Made by a program: the position numbers and the translations under genes. DNA of 46,855 nt from Candidatus Margulisiibacteriota bacterium. Lineage in GTDB: Bacteria > Margulisbacteria > WOR-1 > O2-12-FULL-45-9 > XYB2-FULL-48-7. The first letter of the stretch is position 1; every line of letters begins with the position of its first letter. Below are positions 25,154-34,290 of the stretch, piece by piece. The notes below the pieces were generated by a model. That model was not told where the DNA came from and made no database searches. It saw only the letters and a program-made list of their open reading frames with translations. Location of the stretch: assembly GCA_041665245.1 (NCBI GenBank), contig JBAYJF010000001.1, positions 1-46,855 of the forward strand, written 5' to 3'.

Positions 25154-25795
25154 TTAGCCCTGCGTAGATAATACCTTCTCGATCGTGGAGTAGCCCTTCC
25201 CCTGCAGAACTTCGATCATATGCATCCAAACTTGATGCGTGATCTCAACATCCGCCATGGCGCGATGCAGGGTCGGCGTCGGGACCTTAAAATGGTCCGC
25301 GACCGTCATTAATTTATAATTAACCAATCCGTGTATGAATTTTCTTGAAAGCTTTAGCGTGCAAAGCGCCCTATTATTTACTTCCTTGTTGGCCGCCAGT
25401 TTTACATGATTTTTTAGAAAGCCAAGATCAAAATCGGCATTGTGCGCCACTAGCGTCGTGTCGCCCACGAACTGCACAAACTCTTCCAAGACAAGATTCT
25501 TATCGTCGCCGTCATCGACCATATCTTGAGAGATACCGGTCAACCGTTCGATCTCTTTCGGTATCGGTTTGTGAATATTAATTAAATGATGGAACGAATC
25601 AAGGATCTCATCCCCTTTTATCTTAAGCGCGGCAACCTCGATTATCTCGTTTTGGATCGGATCAAGGCCCGTTGTTTCGGTGTCTACAATTATGTAGGTT
25701 TCTTTTTTCAGCCCGGCTTCGCACTCTTTTGCGCGACGCAAAAGCGGGTATTTCTCGACTAATTTTTTGTATTCTTCTGTTTCGGTAAAATTCAT
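25154..25795 (-). CDS. DnaQ-family 3'-5' exonuclease (DNA polymerase III epsilon-like)
   Basis: Exo motifs are present: IVDTETTGLDP (ExoI), AHNADFDLGFL (ExoII) and HRAMADVE (ExoIII). The ORF overlaps the helicase gene end by 4 nt. Confidence 0.8.
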   Translation of the reverse strand: MNFTETEEYKKLVEKYPLLRRAKECEAGLKKETYIIVDTETTGLDPIQNEIIEVAALKIKGDEILDSFHHLINIHKPIPKEIERLTGISQDMVDDGDDKNLVLEEFVQFVGDTTLVAHNADFDLGFLKNHVKLAANKEVNNRALCTLKLSRKFIHGLVNYKLMTVADHFKVPTPTLHRAMADVEITHQVWMHMIEVLQGKGYSTIEKVLSTQG

Positions 25796-27906
25796 TTGAA
25801 TAGATCCTTGATGTCGATCGCTTCAAAACTATCGCGCCCGGAAAGCTTGACCTCGCGGAATTGACTAATATCCGTCGGGGCTTCTTCCTCATAAACCGGT
25901 CCGCTGTTATCCGCGGGATCAAAAGATTCTTTTACATCCCACTTTTCAAAAAGAAAGGAAGGGAGTTCTTCCAGATAACGCGAAGGGGTCATCAAGATCT
26001 CGCCTTCGTAACTTGAGTAGACAATAGGATATGTTAGATAGAGCTCGTCTTTTGCCCGCGTTACCGCGACATAAAAAAGCCGCCGCTCTTCTTCCAGCTC
26101 CTCTTCTTTTTTAAAACTTAGATATGACGGAAATTTACCTTCCGCCAGCCAAACAACAAAGACCGCCTTCCATTCCAGCCCCTTAGCCTGATGAATAGTC
26201 GTGAGAACACACGCTTCTTTCTCTTTTCCGTTCTCGCCTTCAACTCTTTCCGCTTCCAAGCCTGAGACAAGGGCCAGCGAGCTCAATAATTCTTCCAGAT
26301 CCTTATATTGCGTTGAATAACTTCCTAACTGCTCAAGGTCTTCAAGCCTTTCTTTAAAATTTGGATATTGCGCTTTTAAATAATCCGCGTATTCCGATTG
26401 GCAGGCTAACTTGATCATTTCCGAAGGTGAATTAATTTTTTCCAGCATCCCCAACAACAAGGCCTGCAGCCGCTTAAAACTCCGCTCCCCGCCGGACGGA
26501 ACCTTGTCTACAATTTTGTCGCTTGTGATCTCCTTGATCGGATCTTCCGCCGCTTTGATCTGGCGAATAATTTTTTCAGCGGTCTTCGGGCCGACTTTCG
26601 GAATGATCTTTAAAATGCGCCCCCACGCGATCTCATCTCTTTTATTATGAAAAACTTTCAAGTAGGCCAAAATATCTTTAATGTGGGCTTCTTCAAAAAA
26701 CTTTATCCCCGATCGGATCTCAAAAGGGATCCCCCGCTTGGTCAGCTCCATCTGCACTTCCATTGATTGATAATGCGAGCGGTAAAGGACCGCCATTTCG
26801 TTTAAAGACATCCCTTCTTCGCGCAACTCCAGCATTCTTTGCGCAACAAAGGCCGCCTGGGCATGGACATTGATCAAAGGAACAACTGCCGGCTTTTGCC
26901 CGCTCTCTCTTTTGCTCTTAAGATTCTTTTCAAAGCGCTCTTTTGCCAGAATGATCGTCGTATTGGCGATCCCTAGGATCTCCGGGGTTGAGCGATGGTT
27001 CGTTTCGATCTTAAAAGTTTTTGCATCCGGATAAACTTTTGGAAAATCGATGATATTTTTAAATTTTGCTCCCCGGAAGCTGTAGATCGATTGGCTGTCG
27101 TCTCCCACTACCATGAGATTGCGATGGGTGGCCGCCAATTTATTGATTATTTTAGCTTGCAGAGAATTTGTATCCTGATATTCATCTACCATTATATGCA
27201 AGAATTTATTTCCATATCTTTCCGTAATATCCGGGTTCTCTTCCAGGAGTTTTAGCCAGTTATGCAGAAGATCATCAAAGTCCATCAGGTTTTGGGTCTG
27301 TTTTTTCTCTTTATATTTTTTTGCGACAAACTCGATCTCCGCCGTTAGCGGTTCATGTTGGGCATAATCGTAGGCGATCACATCCACAATGTTTCTTTCG
27401 GTATTATGGCTCATGCTGATAACATCCAAGATATGGTCCCCTTTGGGAAAGCGGCGCTCTTTAGTATCAATATTAGCTTCGACAACACAGGAGTCGAGCA
27501 GCTCTTTCGAGTCGGCGCGGTCAATAATTGTAAAATTCTGGTCATAGCCGACAAGCTTGGCGTGTTTTCTTAAAAGAATATTCCCAACATGGTGGTAAGT
27601 TCCGCCCCAGATCCCTTTGACATCTTTTTTCAGGAGCATTTCAACGCGTGAAACCATCTCTTTGGCCGCTTTGTTGGTAAAAGTTACCAGAAGGATACGA
27701 TCCAGCGGAACACCGGACTCAACCAGATAAGCAACACGATAGGTGACCGTGCGCGTCTTCCCGGATCCGGCGCCGGCAATGACCAGCATTGGTCCGCCGG
27801 GACTGGCAACGACCGGGTATTGCTCATCGGTCAGCTCATCCTGATAATTGATGCGAAAATTATTCCCCGCACCAAGCGTGTTTTTAAGAATATATTTTTG
27901 GCTCAT
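25792..27906 (-). CDS. ATP-dependent DNA helicase, UvrD/PcrA family
   Basis: Superfamily 1 helicase motifs are present (AGAGSGKT, VDEYQDTN, VGDDSQSIYSFRGA, TIHQAKGLEW, YVAVTRAK). Confidence 0.9.
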   Translation of the reverse strand: MSQKYILKNTLGAGNNFRINYQDELTDEQYPVVASPGGPMLVIAGAGSGKTRTVTYRVAYLVESGVPLDRILLVTFTNKAAKEMVSRVEMLLKKDVKGIWGGTYHHVGNILLRKHAKLVGYDQNFTIIDRADSKELLDSCVVEANIDTKERRFPKGDHILDVISMSHNTERNIVDVIAYDYAQHEPLTAEIEFVAKKYKEKKQTQNLMDFDDLLHNWLKLLEENPDITERYGNKFLHIMVDEYQDTNSLQAKIINKLAATHRNLMVVGDDSQSIYSFRGAKFKNIIDFPKVYPDAKTFKIETNHRSTPEILGIANTTIILAKERFEKNLKSKRESGQKPAVVPLINVHAQAAFVAQRMLELREEGMSLNEMAVLYRSHYQSMEVQMELTKRGIPFEIRSGIKFFEEAHIKDILAYLKVFHNKRDEIAWGRILKIIPKVGPKTAEKIIRQIKAAEDPIKEITSDKIVDKVPSGGERSFKRLQALLLGMLEKINSPSEMIKLACQSEYADYLKAQYPNFKERLEDLEQLGSYSTQYKDLEELLSSLALVSGLEAERVEGENGKEKEACVLTTIHQAKGLEWKAVFVVWLAEGKFPSYLSFKKEEELEEERRLFYVAVTRAKDELYLTYPIVYSSYEGEILMTPSRYLEELPSFLFEKWDVKESFDPADNSGPVYEEEAPTDISQFREVKLSGRDSFEAIDIKDLFK

Positions 27907-27925
27907 TTTAACCTAAACGAGGAGT

Positions 27926-28363
27926 TTAGCCTTCGTCTTTCGTTTTGAAGAATTTTTTCTCGGTCCAACGGAGCACTTGCAAGGTTATCAATGTGATGAT
28001 CGTTCCTGATACTGCGGGGACATACATTCCCGCGCCCGCCGCAACACCGATCGCCGCTGTGATCCAAATAGAGGCTGCCGTTGTCATCCCGCGCACGGAA
28101 GAGCCCCCCTGCATTATGCAGCCGGCACCCAGAAAGCCGATGCCGGTAACGATCCCTGAGGCAATTCTCCCTGGATCAGCCGCTCCAGATTTTAACATCA
28201 TCTGTTCTGATATGACCATAAAAAGGGCGGAGCCGACCGCTACTAGAACATGGGTACGAAGCCCGGCAACCTTTCCTTCCCTCTCTCTGGGCAAACCGAT
28301 CAGGATCCCAAGGAAAAAGGCGACCAATAAATTTACGATCGAAGTAATATCAAGTTCATTCAT
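27926..28363 (-). CDS. MgtC/SapB family membrane protein
   Basis: The 145-aa ORF has 4-5 transmembrane segments and the family-typical GLRTHVLVAVGSALF and GIGFLGAG motifs. Confidence 0.8.
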   Translation of the reverse strand: MNELDITSIVNLLVAFFLGILIGLPREREGKVAGLRTHVLVAVGSALFMVISEQMMLKSGAADPGRIASGIVTGIGFLGAGCIMQGGSSVRGMTTAASIWITAAIGVAAGAGMYVPAVSGTIITLITLQVLRWTEKKFFKTKDEG

Positions 28364-28377
28364 GGGATTTTATTATA

Positions 28378-29463
28378 CTAGACATTAAAGCGGATGACAA
28401 TTATATCGCCATCCTGGACAACGTAGCTTTTACCTTCGGTGTGGAGAAGCCCGCGTTCTCTGGCTTTGGCGTATGAAGCGCAGGCGATCATGTCCGGATA
28501 ATGGATAACTTCGGCGGCGATGAAACCTTTTTCCATATCCGAGTGGATCTTCCCCGCCGCCTCCGGCGCGGTCATCCCTTTTTGGATCGTCCAGGCGTGA
28601 GATTCTTTTTCACCGGCGGTAAAAAAAGTAATTAAATTTAAAAGTTCGTAGCCGGAATGGATCAGCCGATTTAGCGTTGATTCTTTTATTCCCATTTCGG
28701 TTAAATAAGCCTTTGCGTCTTCGTCCGATAATTCTGCGATCTCTGACTCGAGCTTCGATGATATTGCTATGACCTTTGAACCTTCTTTTTTTGCGATCTC
28801 TTCTACGATCGCAACTTCAGCGGCGCTGCCGGTCTCGTCCACATTGGCAACATACAAAACCGGTTTAGAGGTTAAAAGCATATAGCCCTTGATCGCCAGC
28901 TTCTCTTCCTCCGTGAGAGGAATACTTCGGACCGGAACCCCTTTTTCAAGCCCGTCTTTGAGCTTTTGCAAAACTTCGAATTCTTTAAGCAAGGCTTTGT
29001 CGCCCGAGCGGGCTTTGGGCCTTGTGGCATCGAGCCGTTTTTCTACCTGGACAAGGTCGGCAAGGTTAAGTTCAAGGTTTATCGTTTCAATATCACTTTT
29101 CGGATCAACTTTTCCGGCGACATGAATGATCTCATCGCTTTGAAAACAACGGACAACGTGGGCGATGGCATCGACTTCGCGAATGTGGGACAAAAATTTA
29201 TTACCGAGCCCCTCGCCTTTTGCGGCTCCCTTTACTAGCCCAGCGATATCGTAGAACTCAATATAAGTTGGAACGGTTTTTTTAGAAGAAAATAATTTTG
29301 TTAGTTCAAGCAATCTTTCGTCGGGGACTTCCACGGTTCCAATGTTGGGGTCGATCGTGCAAAAGGGATAGTTGGAAACGTTCGCCTTCGCCCGCGAGAG
29401 GGCGTTGAAAAGGCTTGATTTTCCTACGTTTGGCAGGCCTACGATCCCAAGTGATAGTCCCAT
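28378..29463 (-). CDS. ychF: ribosome-binding ATPase YchF
   Basis: The N-terminus [17 protein letters not shown], the DIAGLVKGA motif and a C-terminal TGS-like domain are present. A TATAAT box lies 9 nt upstream of the ATG on the minus strand (29478-29473). Confidence 0.9.
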   Translation of the reverse strand: MGLSLGIVGLPNVGKSSLFNALSRAKANVSNYPFCTIDPNIGTVEVPDERLLELTKLFSSKKTVPTYIEFYDIAGLVKGAAKGEGLGNKFLSHIREVDAIAHVVRCFQSDEIIHVAGKVDPKSDIETINLELNLADLVQVEKRLDATRPKARSGDKALLKEFEVLQKLKDGLEKGVPVRSIPLTEEEKLAIKGYMLLTSKPVLYVANVDETGSAAEVAIVEEIAKKEGSKVIAISSKLESEIAELSDEDAKAYLTEMGIKESTLNRLIHSGYELLNLITFFTAGEKESHAWTIQKGMTAPEAAGKIHSDMEKGFIAAEVIHYPDMIACASYAKARERGLLHTEGKSYVVQDGDIIVIRFNV

Positions 29464-29487
29464 GTTATTTTCATTATATAGGATTAA

Positions 29488-29517
29488 GTGAAATTTTCAT
29501 AATTTGAAACTGATATT
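29488..29517 (+). promoter_or_regulatory. GTGAAATT-N16-GATATT promoter-like motif upstream of the 523-aa ORF
   Basis: GTGAAATT lies at 29488-29495 and GATATT at 29512-29517. A structured leader of about 85 nt follows. Confidence 0.55.
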
Positions 29518-29526
29518 AATGTAGGG

Positions 29527-29546
29527 CCTGCCTGCCGGCAGGCAGG
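29527..29546. repeat. copy 3 of the 20-bp palindrome, in the leader of the 523-aa ORF
   Basis: Exact 20-mer CCTGCCTGCCGGCAGGCAGG. Confidence 0.9.
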
Positions 29547-29565
29547 CAAGGGCTCGTCCCTTGCC
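29545..29565 (+). other. second GC-rich leader hairpin GGCAAGGG-ctcgt-CCCTTGCC followed by a T-rich tract
   Basis: It has an 8-bp stem and a 5-nt loop. GGCTTATTTC lies downstream. It shares two bases with the palindrome. Confidence 0.6.
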
Positions 29566-29603
29566 GGCTTATTTCAAGATTAAAAACGAAAGGGGAAATT
29601 AAA

Positions 29604-31175
29604 ATGAGCAGCATTTCAGGAACGGCCCCGGTTATCAGAAAAGTTACCATCAGAGGAACAGACCAGATCGGCGCAAGAAGGAGAATGACCGATCAGGCCG
29701 CAAAAGAATATTTAGGAAGCAAAAGATACGGGGTATTAAAGACCGATGTTGCCAGAGTAATTCGGGGAACAGACAGCTGGAAAGCTTTTTTTATAAATCC
29801 TCTCGATGAAGTGCTTTTCCCTAAAGAAAACATCGACTCACTAATAAGTGTAGCCGGCTTAGATGTTCAGACTGAATCCGCCTTTAGGGCGTTGATCAAA
29901 CAAGATCATCCTGGAGCAATAGTAGAAACGACTGATGGACGACTTGTTGCTCTTCGTTTGGATGATTTTGAAGGGGTTGCGCTAACCCCGACCATTGACC
30001 CCACAAGCAACATGCAAACTTTTGTTTCAGGCCCCGTGCTAGAAAGAGCTGAAAGAAGGCTATCAGAAATCATTGGGACAGAGGAAACAAATCCAGGCAG
30101 GGTCACCGTTGCACATAACGCTTTGCCAAATTGGGATACAATTAGATTTGCGTTAACCCCAACAGATTCCATGGTAATAACTCAGGCAGCAGCCGGTGAG
30201 CCCTGGCCCGCATTTAAAGTGGTTCCTTTTCAACATTTAAAAATATCCCTTTCAGCTTCGGCTTTGAATTATGGGCAGCAACTATTTGAGGGAATGAAGG
30301 CTCAGAGGACCAAGGATGGAAGGGTTGTTCTCTTTAGGCCGCTTGATAACGCCAGAAGAATGAAAGGCGGCGCGGAAAGGATCCTCTTAAATCCTGTTCC
30401 GGAAGAATATTTCCTTGCAGCCGTAACCGCCGCCGTCCGAGCAAATGAACGCTGGATCCCGCCATATGGCAAGGGAGCGCTATACATAAGACCGGTCCTA
30501 ATTGGTGATGGGGGAGTTGTTGGTATAAATCCTGGGCCGCAAGATACCTTTGGTATTCTTTGTACTCCGGTTGGGCCATATTTCCAGGGAGGAATGAAAG
30601 CCATTTCATTGCTTGTTCCGGAAGATTATCATCGCTCTGCCCCTGGGAATCTGGGTTATATTAAGGCCGGCGGGAACTATACCGCAGGAATGATGCTTGC
30701 CCGGGATGCGCATGCCGCGGGTTTTGCCGAAATTCTATATCTTGATGCGATTAAGAATTTGTATCCTGATGAGGTTGGGGCCGCGAATTTCATCCTTGTT
30801 TATAAACACAAAAACGGGGATCGCACTATTTTTACCCCGCCTCTTGAGAATGGAACCATTTTACCGGGGGTCACAAGAAGAAGTTGGATCCAAATAGCAA
30901 GAGACGCCGGGATCGAGGTTATTGAAAAGATCCCCACCATTAACAGAATTATGAAGGACGAAAGATTTGTTGAAGCCGGCTGCTCGGGAACGGCGGCGGT
31001 TATCTCCCCTATTGGTAAAATCCAATATAAAGGCGCAACAAGAGAATTTGGAGATGGATTAACTCCGGGCTCTGTCATGCGAATGCTTCATGGTAGATTA
31101 ACAGCGATTCAATTGCTGGAAGCTCCAGATATCTATGGCTGGGTACATGAAGTCAATATGCGATCCATAGCTTAG
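29604..31175 (+). CDS. branched-chain amino acid aminotransferase (fold-type IV) fused to an unknown ~175-aa N-terminal region
   Basis: From about residue 180 the protein is collinear with long-form BCATs (FALTPTDSMV, LNYGQQLFEGMKA, LFRP..N..R, YIRP, and the PLP lysine context GYIKAGGNYTAG). Residues 1-175 have no motif I recognise. An AAGGGG SD is present. Confidence 0.75.
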   Translation: MSSISGTAPVIRKVTIRGTDQIGARRRMTDQAAKEYLGSKRYGVLKTDVARVIRGTDSWKAFFINPLDEVLFPKENIDSLISVAGLDVQTESAFRALIKQDHPGAIVETTDGRLVALRLDDFEGVALTPTIDPTSNMQTFVSGPVLERAERRLSEIIGTEETNPGRVTVAHNALPNWDTIRFALTPTDSMVITQAAAGEPWPAFKVVPFQHLKISLSASALNYGQQLFEGMKAQRTKDGRVVLFRPLDNARRMKGGAERILLNPVPEEYFLAAVTAAVRANERWIPPYGKGALYIRPVLIGDGGVVGINPGPQDTFGILCTPVGPYFQGGMKAISLLVPEDYHRSAPGNLGYIKAGGNYTAGMMLARDAHAAGFAEILYLDAIKNLYPDEVGAANFILVYKHKNGDRTIFTPPLENGTILPGVTRRSWIQIARDAGIEVIEKIPTINRIMKDERFVEAGCSGTAAVISPIGKIQYKGATREFGDGLTPGSVMRMLHGRLTAIQLLEAPDIYGWVHEVNMRSIA

Positions 31176-31193
31176 CTATTTTTATTGCTTTGT

Positions 31194-31227
31194 AAAAAGG
31201 CCCGGGGGACGTTCTTCGGGCCTTTTT
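31194..31227 (+). terminator. rho-independent terminator after the 523-aa ORF
   Basis: The sequence is AAAAAGGCCCG-(12 nt)-CGGGCCTTTTT. The T-tract abuts the next GTGAAATT box. Confidence 0.7.
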
Positions 31228-31228
31228 A

Positions 31229-31258
31229 GTGAAATTTTTCATTTTACCTTCCGATAAC
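31229..31258 (+). promoter_or_regulatory. GTGAAATT-N16-(CC)GATAAC promoter-like motif, 7 nt upstream of the ATG of the 722-aa ORF (leaderless arrangement)
   Basis: GTGAAATT lies at 31229-31236, CCGATAAC at 31251-31258 and the ATG at 31266. There is no SD. Confidence 0.6.
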
Positions 31259-31265
31259 TATTCGT

Positions 31266-33434
31266 ATGAATAGAACAAGCCCAGCGCCTGCAACAGGGCG
31301 ACCACAAAGACCAAGAAGAACGGCCCCAACTGTTCAATATCAGCTTATTTGTCACAACCTCCCCTTGTCACCAAGACAGGCCGGCCGTGTTATCGAGGCC
31401 CTAACACAAACTGGGCGCAATGGTGGGCTGGAAAGTCTGCGCGCAACGGAAATTGTAGCTTTTAAAGCCGCCGGAGGGAACGACGCCGACCTGCAAGTTC
31501 CAGGCGAATGCCGAGGAAAACTCCTTAATCTACTTGAAGGACAGGAAAGAGCAGTATATATATCATTTTTGCTCCGTTTTGCGGCCGCGCATATGGTCGC
31601 CGAACAATATAGCGACGCAAGAGACACTTATGGCGCAATATTAATACCCTGCCGAGACAACGTTCCCGCCAAAATTGGGCAAAAAGCCGCTATAATTGCA
31701 AAATCGCTTTTACCGGCTGCAAAGCCGATCTTGGCTCTCTTTTCCGCATATACCGAAACCCTCGCCTCGCCAGAAGGCCTGGACTGGAAAGAGGCGGCTT
31801 TCAATGCAGCAATATCCGCAATCGTAGAATCATCCGCAAACCCTCAAATAGACGGGGAAACTTTATTTATAAAACTGGCCCCTCTTTTCAATTTTCCTGA
31901 ATCGGCTCCGGCAGAAGTAAATTCGGCTGCCGATTTCTATTGCAAAGCCGTCAGCTTAACTCTTCGCGGATTGCTGGATGCAAGCGTTCCGGCAACCGCA
32001 ATCGTTCACGCCTTCGGAAGACCAATTATCGAAGAACTTGAAATGGCGCTGGCATCAGACGGCAATGAACACGTTTTATTTCCGCTCCGCCTATCTCTTA
32101 TGATCGCGGTTCTTCTTCATGAAAAGAGCCTTCCTTTCGATAAAATTGAAGAAGCCATTCGTCCTTTTGGCGAACCGGTTGTTCAGGCTGCATTGGAATC
32201 CGAGATATTTTTTCTTGCCGGCGCAAAAATACGCACAGGGATCGAGATGGCGCCTCCACGAATTGAAGTTGTCCCCCTCCCGCTCGATGCCGCAGAAGCC
32301 GCAGTTGGCCTTGTTTTAGATCTCGCCGCCGGAACAAGGGATATCAAAGAAAATCCCCGTACAACAGCACAAGAATTTTATGCTCTTTACCTACAAGCAG
32401 AAGAAGTCCATAAGGAAGAAATTGGCGCAACACTAGCAGAAACGGCGGTTACATGTGCAAACGAACAGCCCGAAAAAATAAAAGAACTCATCTTATTCTT
32501 AAACACTCTTTTAGATAAACATGACGAAAAATTAACCCCTCATTTAAATAGAGGGACGATCGCCATGCTCTTGTCTCCGTCCATAAAAAGAAAGCTTGTT
32601 GCTTCTGCATCTGAACTATGGCAAAAGGTTAAAATCGCGGGAGAAAAAGCCGGGCAGGAACTGCTCGCGCTACCACCTTCCATCCCTAAATCAGCGTCAA
32701 AGGGAATTCGCACGCAAAAGAGCACCGCCCCGCAAATCCCTATCGCCGAAGAATATTTAGCCTTAGAAGGAATTTCTGCTGATGACATCCTTTTTATTGA
32801 TTTTTTCTTCACCCGCTTCGCTACTTTTCCGATCGTCCAGGCAATGTTTGGGGAAATAGAGGCAACTATTTTTTGTGATCCATATTCTACAACCGACCGC
32901 TTTTATGCAACGATCCTCCATACATCAAAAGGGAGCGAAAAAGCGCTCCGCCAATTTGCAACGCTGCTAAAAAAAACCGACGGGCTTCCATACACAAGAA
33001 TTGAAGCAACGCTCAAACTAGCTGACAATAAATTGGTTGATCTGGCCTTTCAAGTCGCCCCTCCGTTGGCACCCATCATCACGCAAACCAACATTACTTT
33101 ATTTAGGATCCAATCTTTTTATGCCTGGGCTCACATTTTATCCAAAAGAATAGAAGCCTATATCCAAAAACCTCACGACTATAAGGCCACGGCACATTCA
33201 TTGATCTGCACTTTTAGTTTCTGCGCGGCAAAAGTTCCGATGCTGGCGGACAATATCCCAAAGAATCACCCTTTCTCATATTATGCCGGCCATGTAAAAG
33301 ATTTTGTGCTAACGCAAACATTACCCCGCTACGGAGAATTGATCAGAGGGGGAAACAGCGCCGTAAAAGCAGCAGTCGCTGCCGCAAAGGAGACCTTGTC
33401 GGCAGGCAAGGGTTTCACTCTCTATAAAGAATAA
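31266..33434 (+). CDS. large hypothetical protein (orphan, 722 aa), predicted mostly alpha-helical
   Basis: This is a long ORF with a Pro/Arg/Thr-rich N-terminus (MNRTSPAPATGRPQRPRRTAPT) and an Ala/Leu-rich body. I recognise no enzymatic motif. Confidence 0.6.
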   Translation: MNRTSPAPATGRPQRPRRTAPTVQYQLICHNLPLSPRQAGRVIEALTQTGRNGGLESLRATEIVAFKAAGGNDADLQVPGECRGKLLNLLEGQERAVYISFLLRFAAAHMVAEQYSDARDTYGAILIPCRDNVPAKIGQKAAIIAKSLLPAAKPILALFSAYTETLASPEGLDWKEAAFNAAISAIVESSANPQIDGETLFIKLAPLFNFPESAPAEVNSAADFYCKAVSLTLRGLLDASVPATAIVHAFGRPIIEELEMALASDGNEHVLFPLRLSLMIAVLLHEKSLPFDKIEEAIRPFGEPVVQAALESEIFFLAGAKIRTGIEMAPPRIEVVPLPLDAAEAAVGLVLDLAAGTRDIKENPRTTAQEFYALYLQAEEVHKEEIGATLAETAVTCANEQPEKIKELILFLNTLLDKHDEKLTPHLNRGTIAMLLSPSIKRKLVASASELWQKVKIAGEKAGQELLALPPSIPKSASKGIRTQKSTAPQIPIAEEYLALEGISADDILFIDFFFTRFATFPIVQAMFGEIEATIFCDPYSTTDRFYATILHTSKGSEKALRQFATLLKKTDGLPYTRIEATLKLADNKLVDLAFQVAPPLAPIITQTNITLFRIQSFYAWAHILSKRIEAYIQKPHDYKATAHSLICTFSFCAAKVPMLADNIPKNHPFSYYAGHVKDFVLTQTLPRYGELIRGGNSAVKAAVAAAKETLSAGKGFTLYKE

Positions 33435-33453
33435 TTATCTTTTCTCCAAATTT

Positions 33454-34290
33454 TTAGACAACCTTCAAACTAATATCCAGCGCCTTGGCTGAATGCGTAA
33501 GCGCCCCAACGGAGATATAATCCACCCCGGTTTTAGCAACATTTGCGATATTATCCAAATTGATCCCGCCGGAGGCTTCTGTTTCAATCCCCGCCGCTTT
33601 GCACAACTTAACCGCTTCGCGCATTGTTTTAACATCCATATTATCAAGTAATATTCTTTTCACTTTTAACCCGATCGCTTCTTTAACTTCTTCTAAATTC
33701 TTCGTCTCAACTTCTATCCCTACTGATCCTTTCTTTTCCCTTCTCATCCTTTCTATCCCCTCCCCAATCCCTCCCGCAACTTTAATATGATTATCTTTGA
33801 TCAATATTGCATCATACAATCCCATTCGATGGTTCGTCCCTCCACCCATTTTCACCGCGTATTTTTCAAGCTCCCGCATTCCGGGAACTGTTTTTCTGGT
33901 ATCAAGAACTATGGCCCTATGCCCCTTTGACCCTTTGACCCTATCAACGTATTTCCGCGTCAGTGTGGCTATCCCCGATAAATGCTGGAGAAAATTAAGT
34001 GCTACCCGCTCGCCAGTAATTATGGTGCTTGCCGCGCCAAAGACTGTCCCAAATATTTCCCCTTTTTTAACTTCGTCCCCATCTTTCTTTTTAGAAATAA
34101 CTTTTATTTTTTTGTCCAACTGAAGAAAAACCTGTTTTGCAATATCCAGCCCAGCCAAAACCCCATCTTCCTTCGCGATAAACACCGCCTGTGCTTTTAT
34201 TTTTTTAGGTACAATCGCGCTCGTCGTAATATCCCCTTTGCCAACGTCTTCTCTTAGAGCATCTTGAATTATTTTAATATATGTTTTCAT
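33454..34290 (-). CDS. nadC: nicotinate-nucleotide pyrophosphorylase (quinolinate phosphoribosyltransferase)
   Basis: The LDTRKT.PG.R and GG..NHR motifs and the C-terminal SVGALTHS are present. An 8-mer stutter (CCCTTTGA x2, flanked by CCCTAT) lies at 33915-33944. Confidence 0.9.
   Translation of the reverse strand: MKTYIKIIQDALREDVGKGDITTSAIVPKKIKAQAVFIAKEDGVLAGLDIAKQVFLQLDKKIKVISKKKDGDEVKKGEIFGTVFGAASTIITGERVALNFLQHLSGIATLTRKYVDRVKGSKGHRAIVLDTRKTVPGMRELEKYAVKMGGGTNHRMGLYDAILIKDNHIKVAGGIGEGIERMRREKKGSVGIEVETKNLEEVKEAIGLKVKRILLDNMDVKTMREAVKLCKAAGIETEASGGINLDNIANVAKTGVDYISVGALTHSAKALDISLKVV

Noticed and set aside
25154-27906. The UvrD-like helicase plus DnaQ-like exonuclease pair considered as a candidate defence module.
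   Set aside because: Both genes have complete canonical housekeeping motifs and host-like composition. They sit in a conserved-looking context with ychF and mgtC. A PcrA/UvrD helicase next to an epsilon-like exonuclease is a common repair arrangement.
33400-33412. A 12-13-nt match (CGGCAGGCAAGGG) between the 3' end of the 722-aa ORF and the leader hairpins at 29541-29552, considered as a degenerate palindrome copy.
   Set aside because: Matches of 12 nt are expected many times by chance within 47 kb, and no palindromic partner is present.
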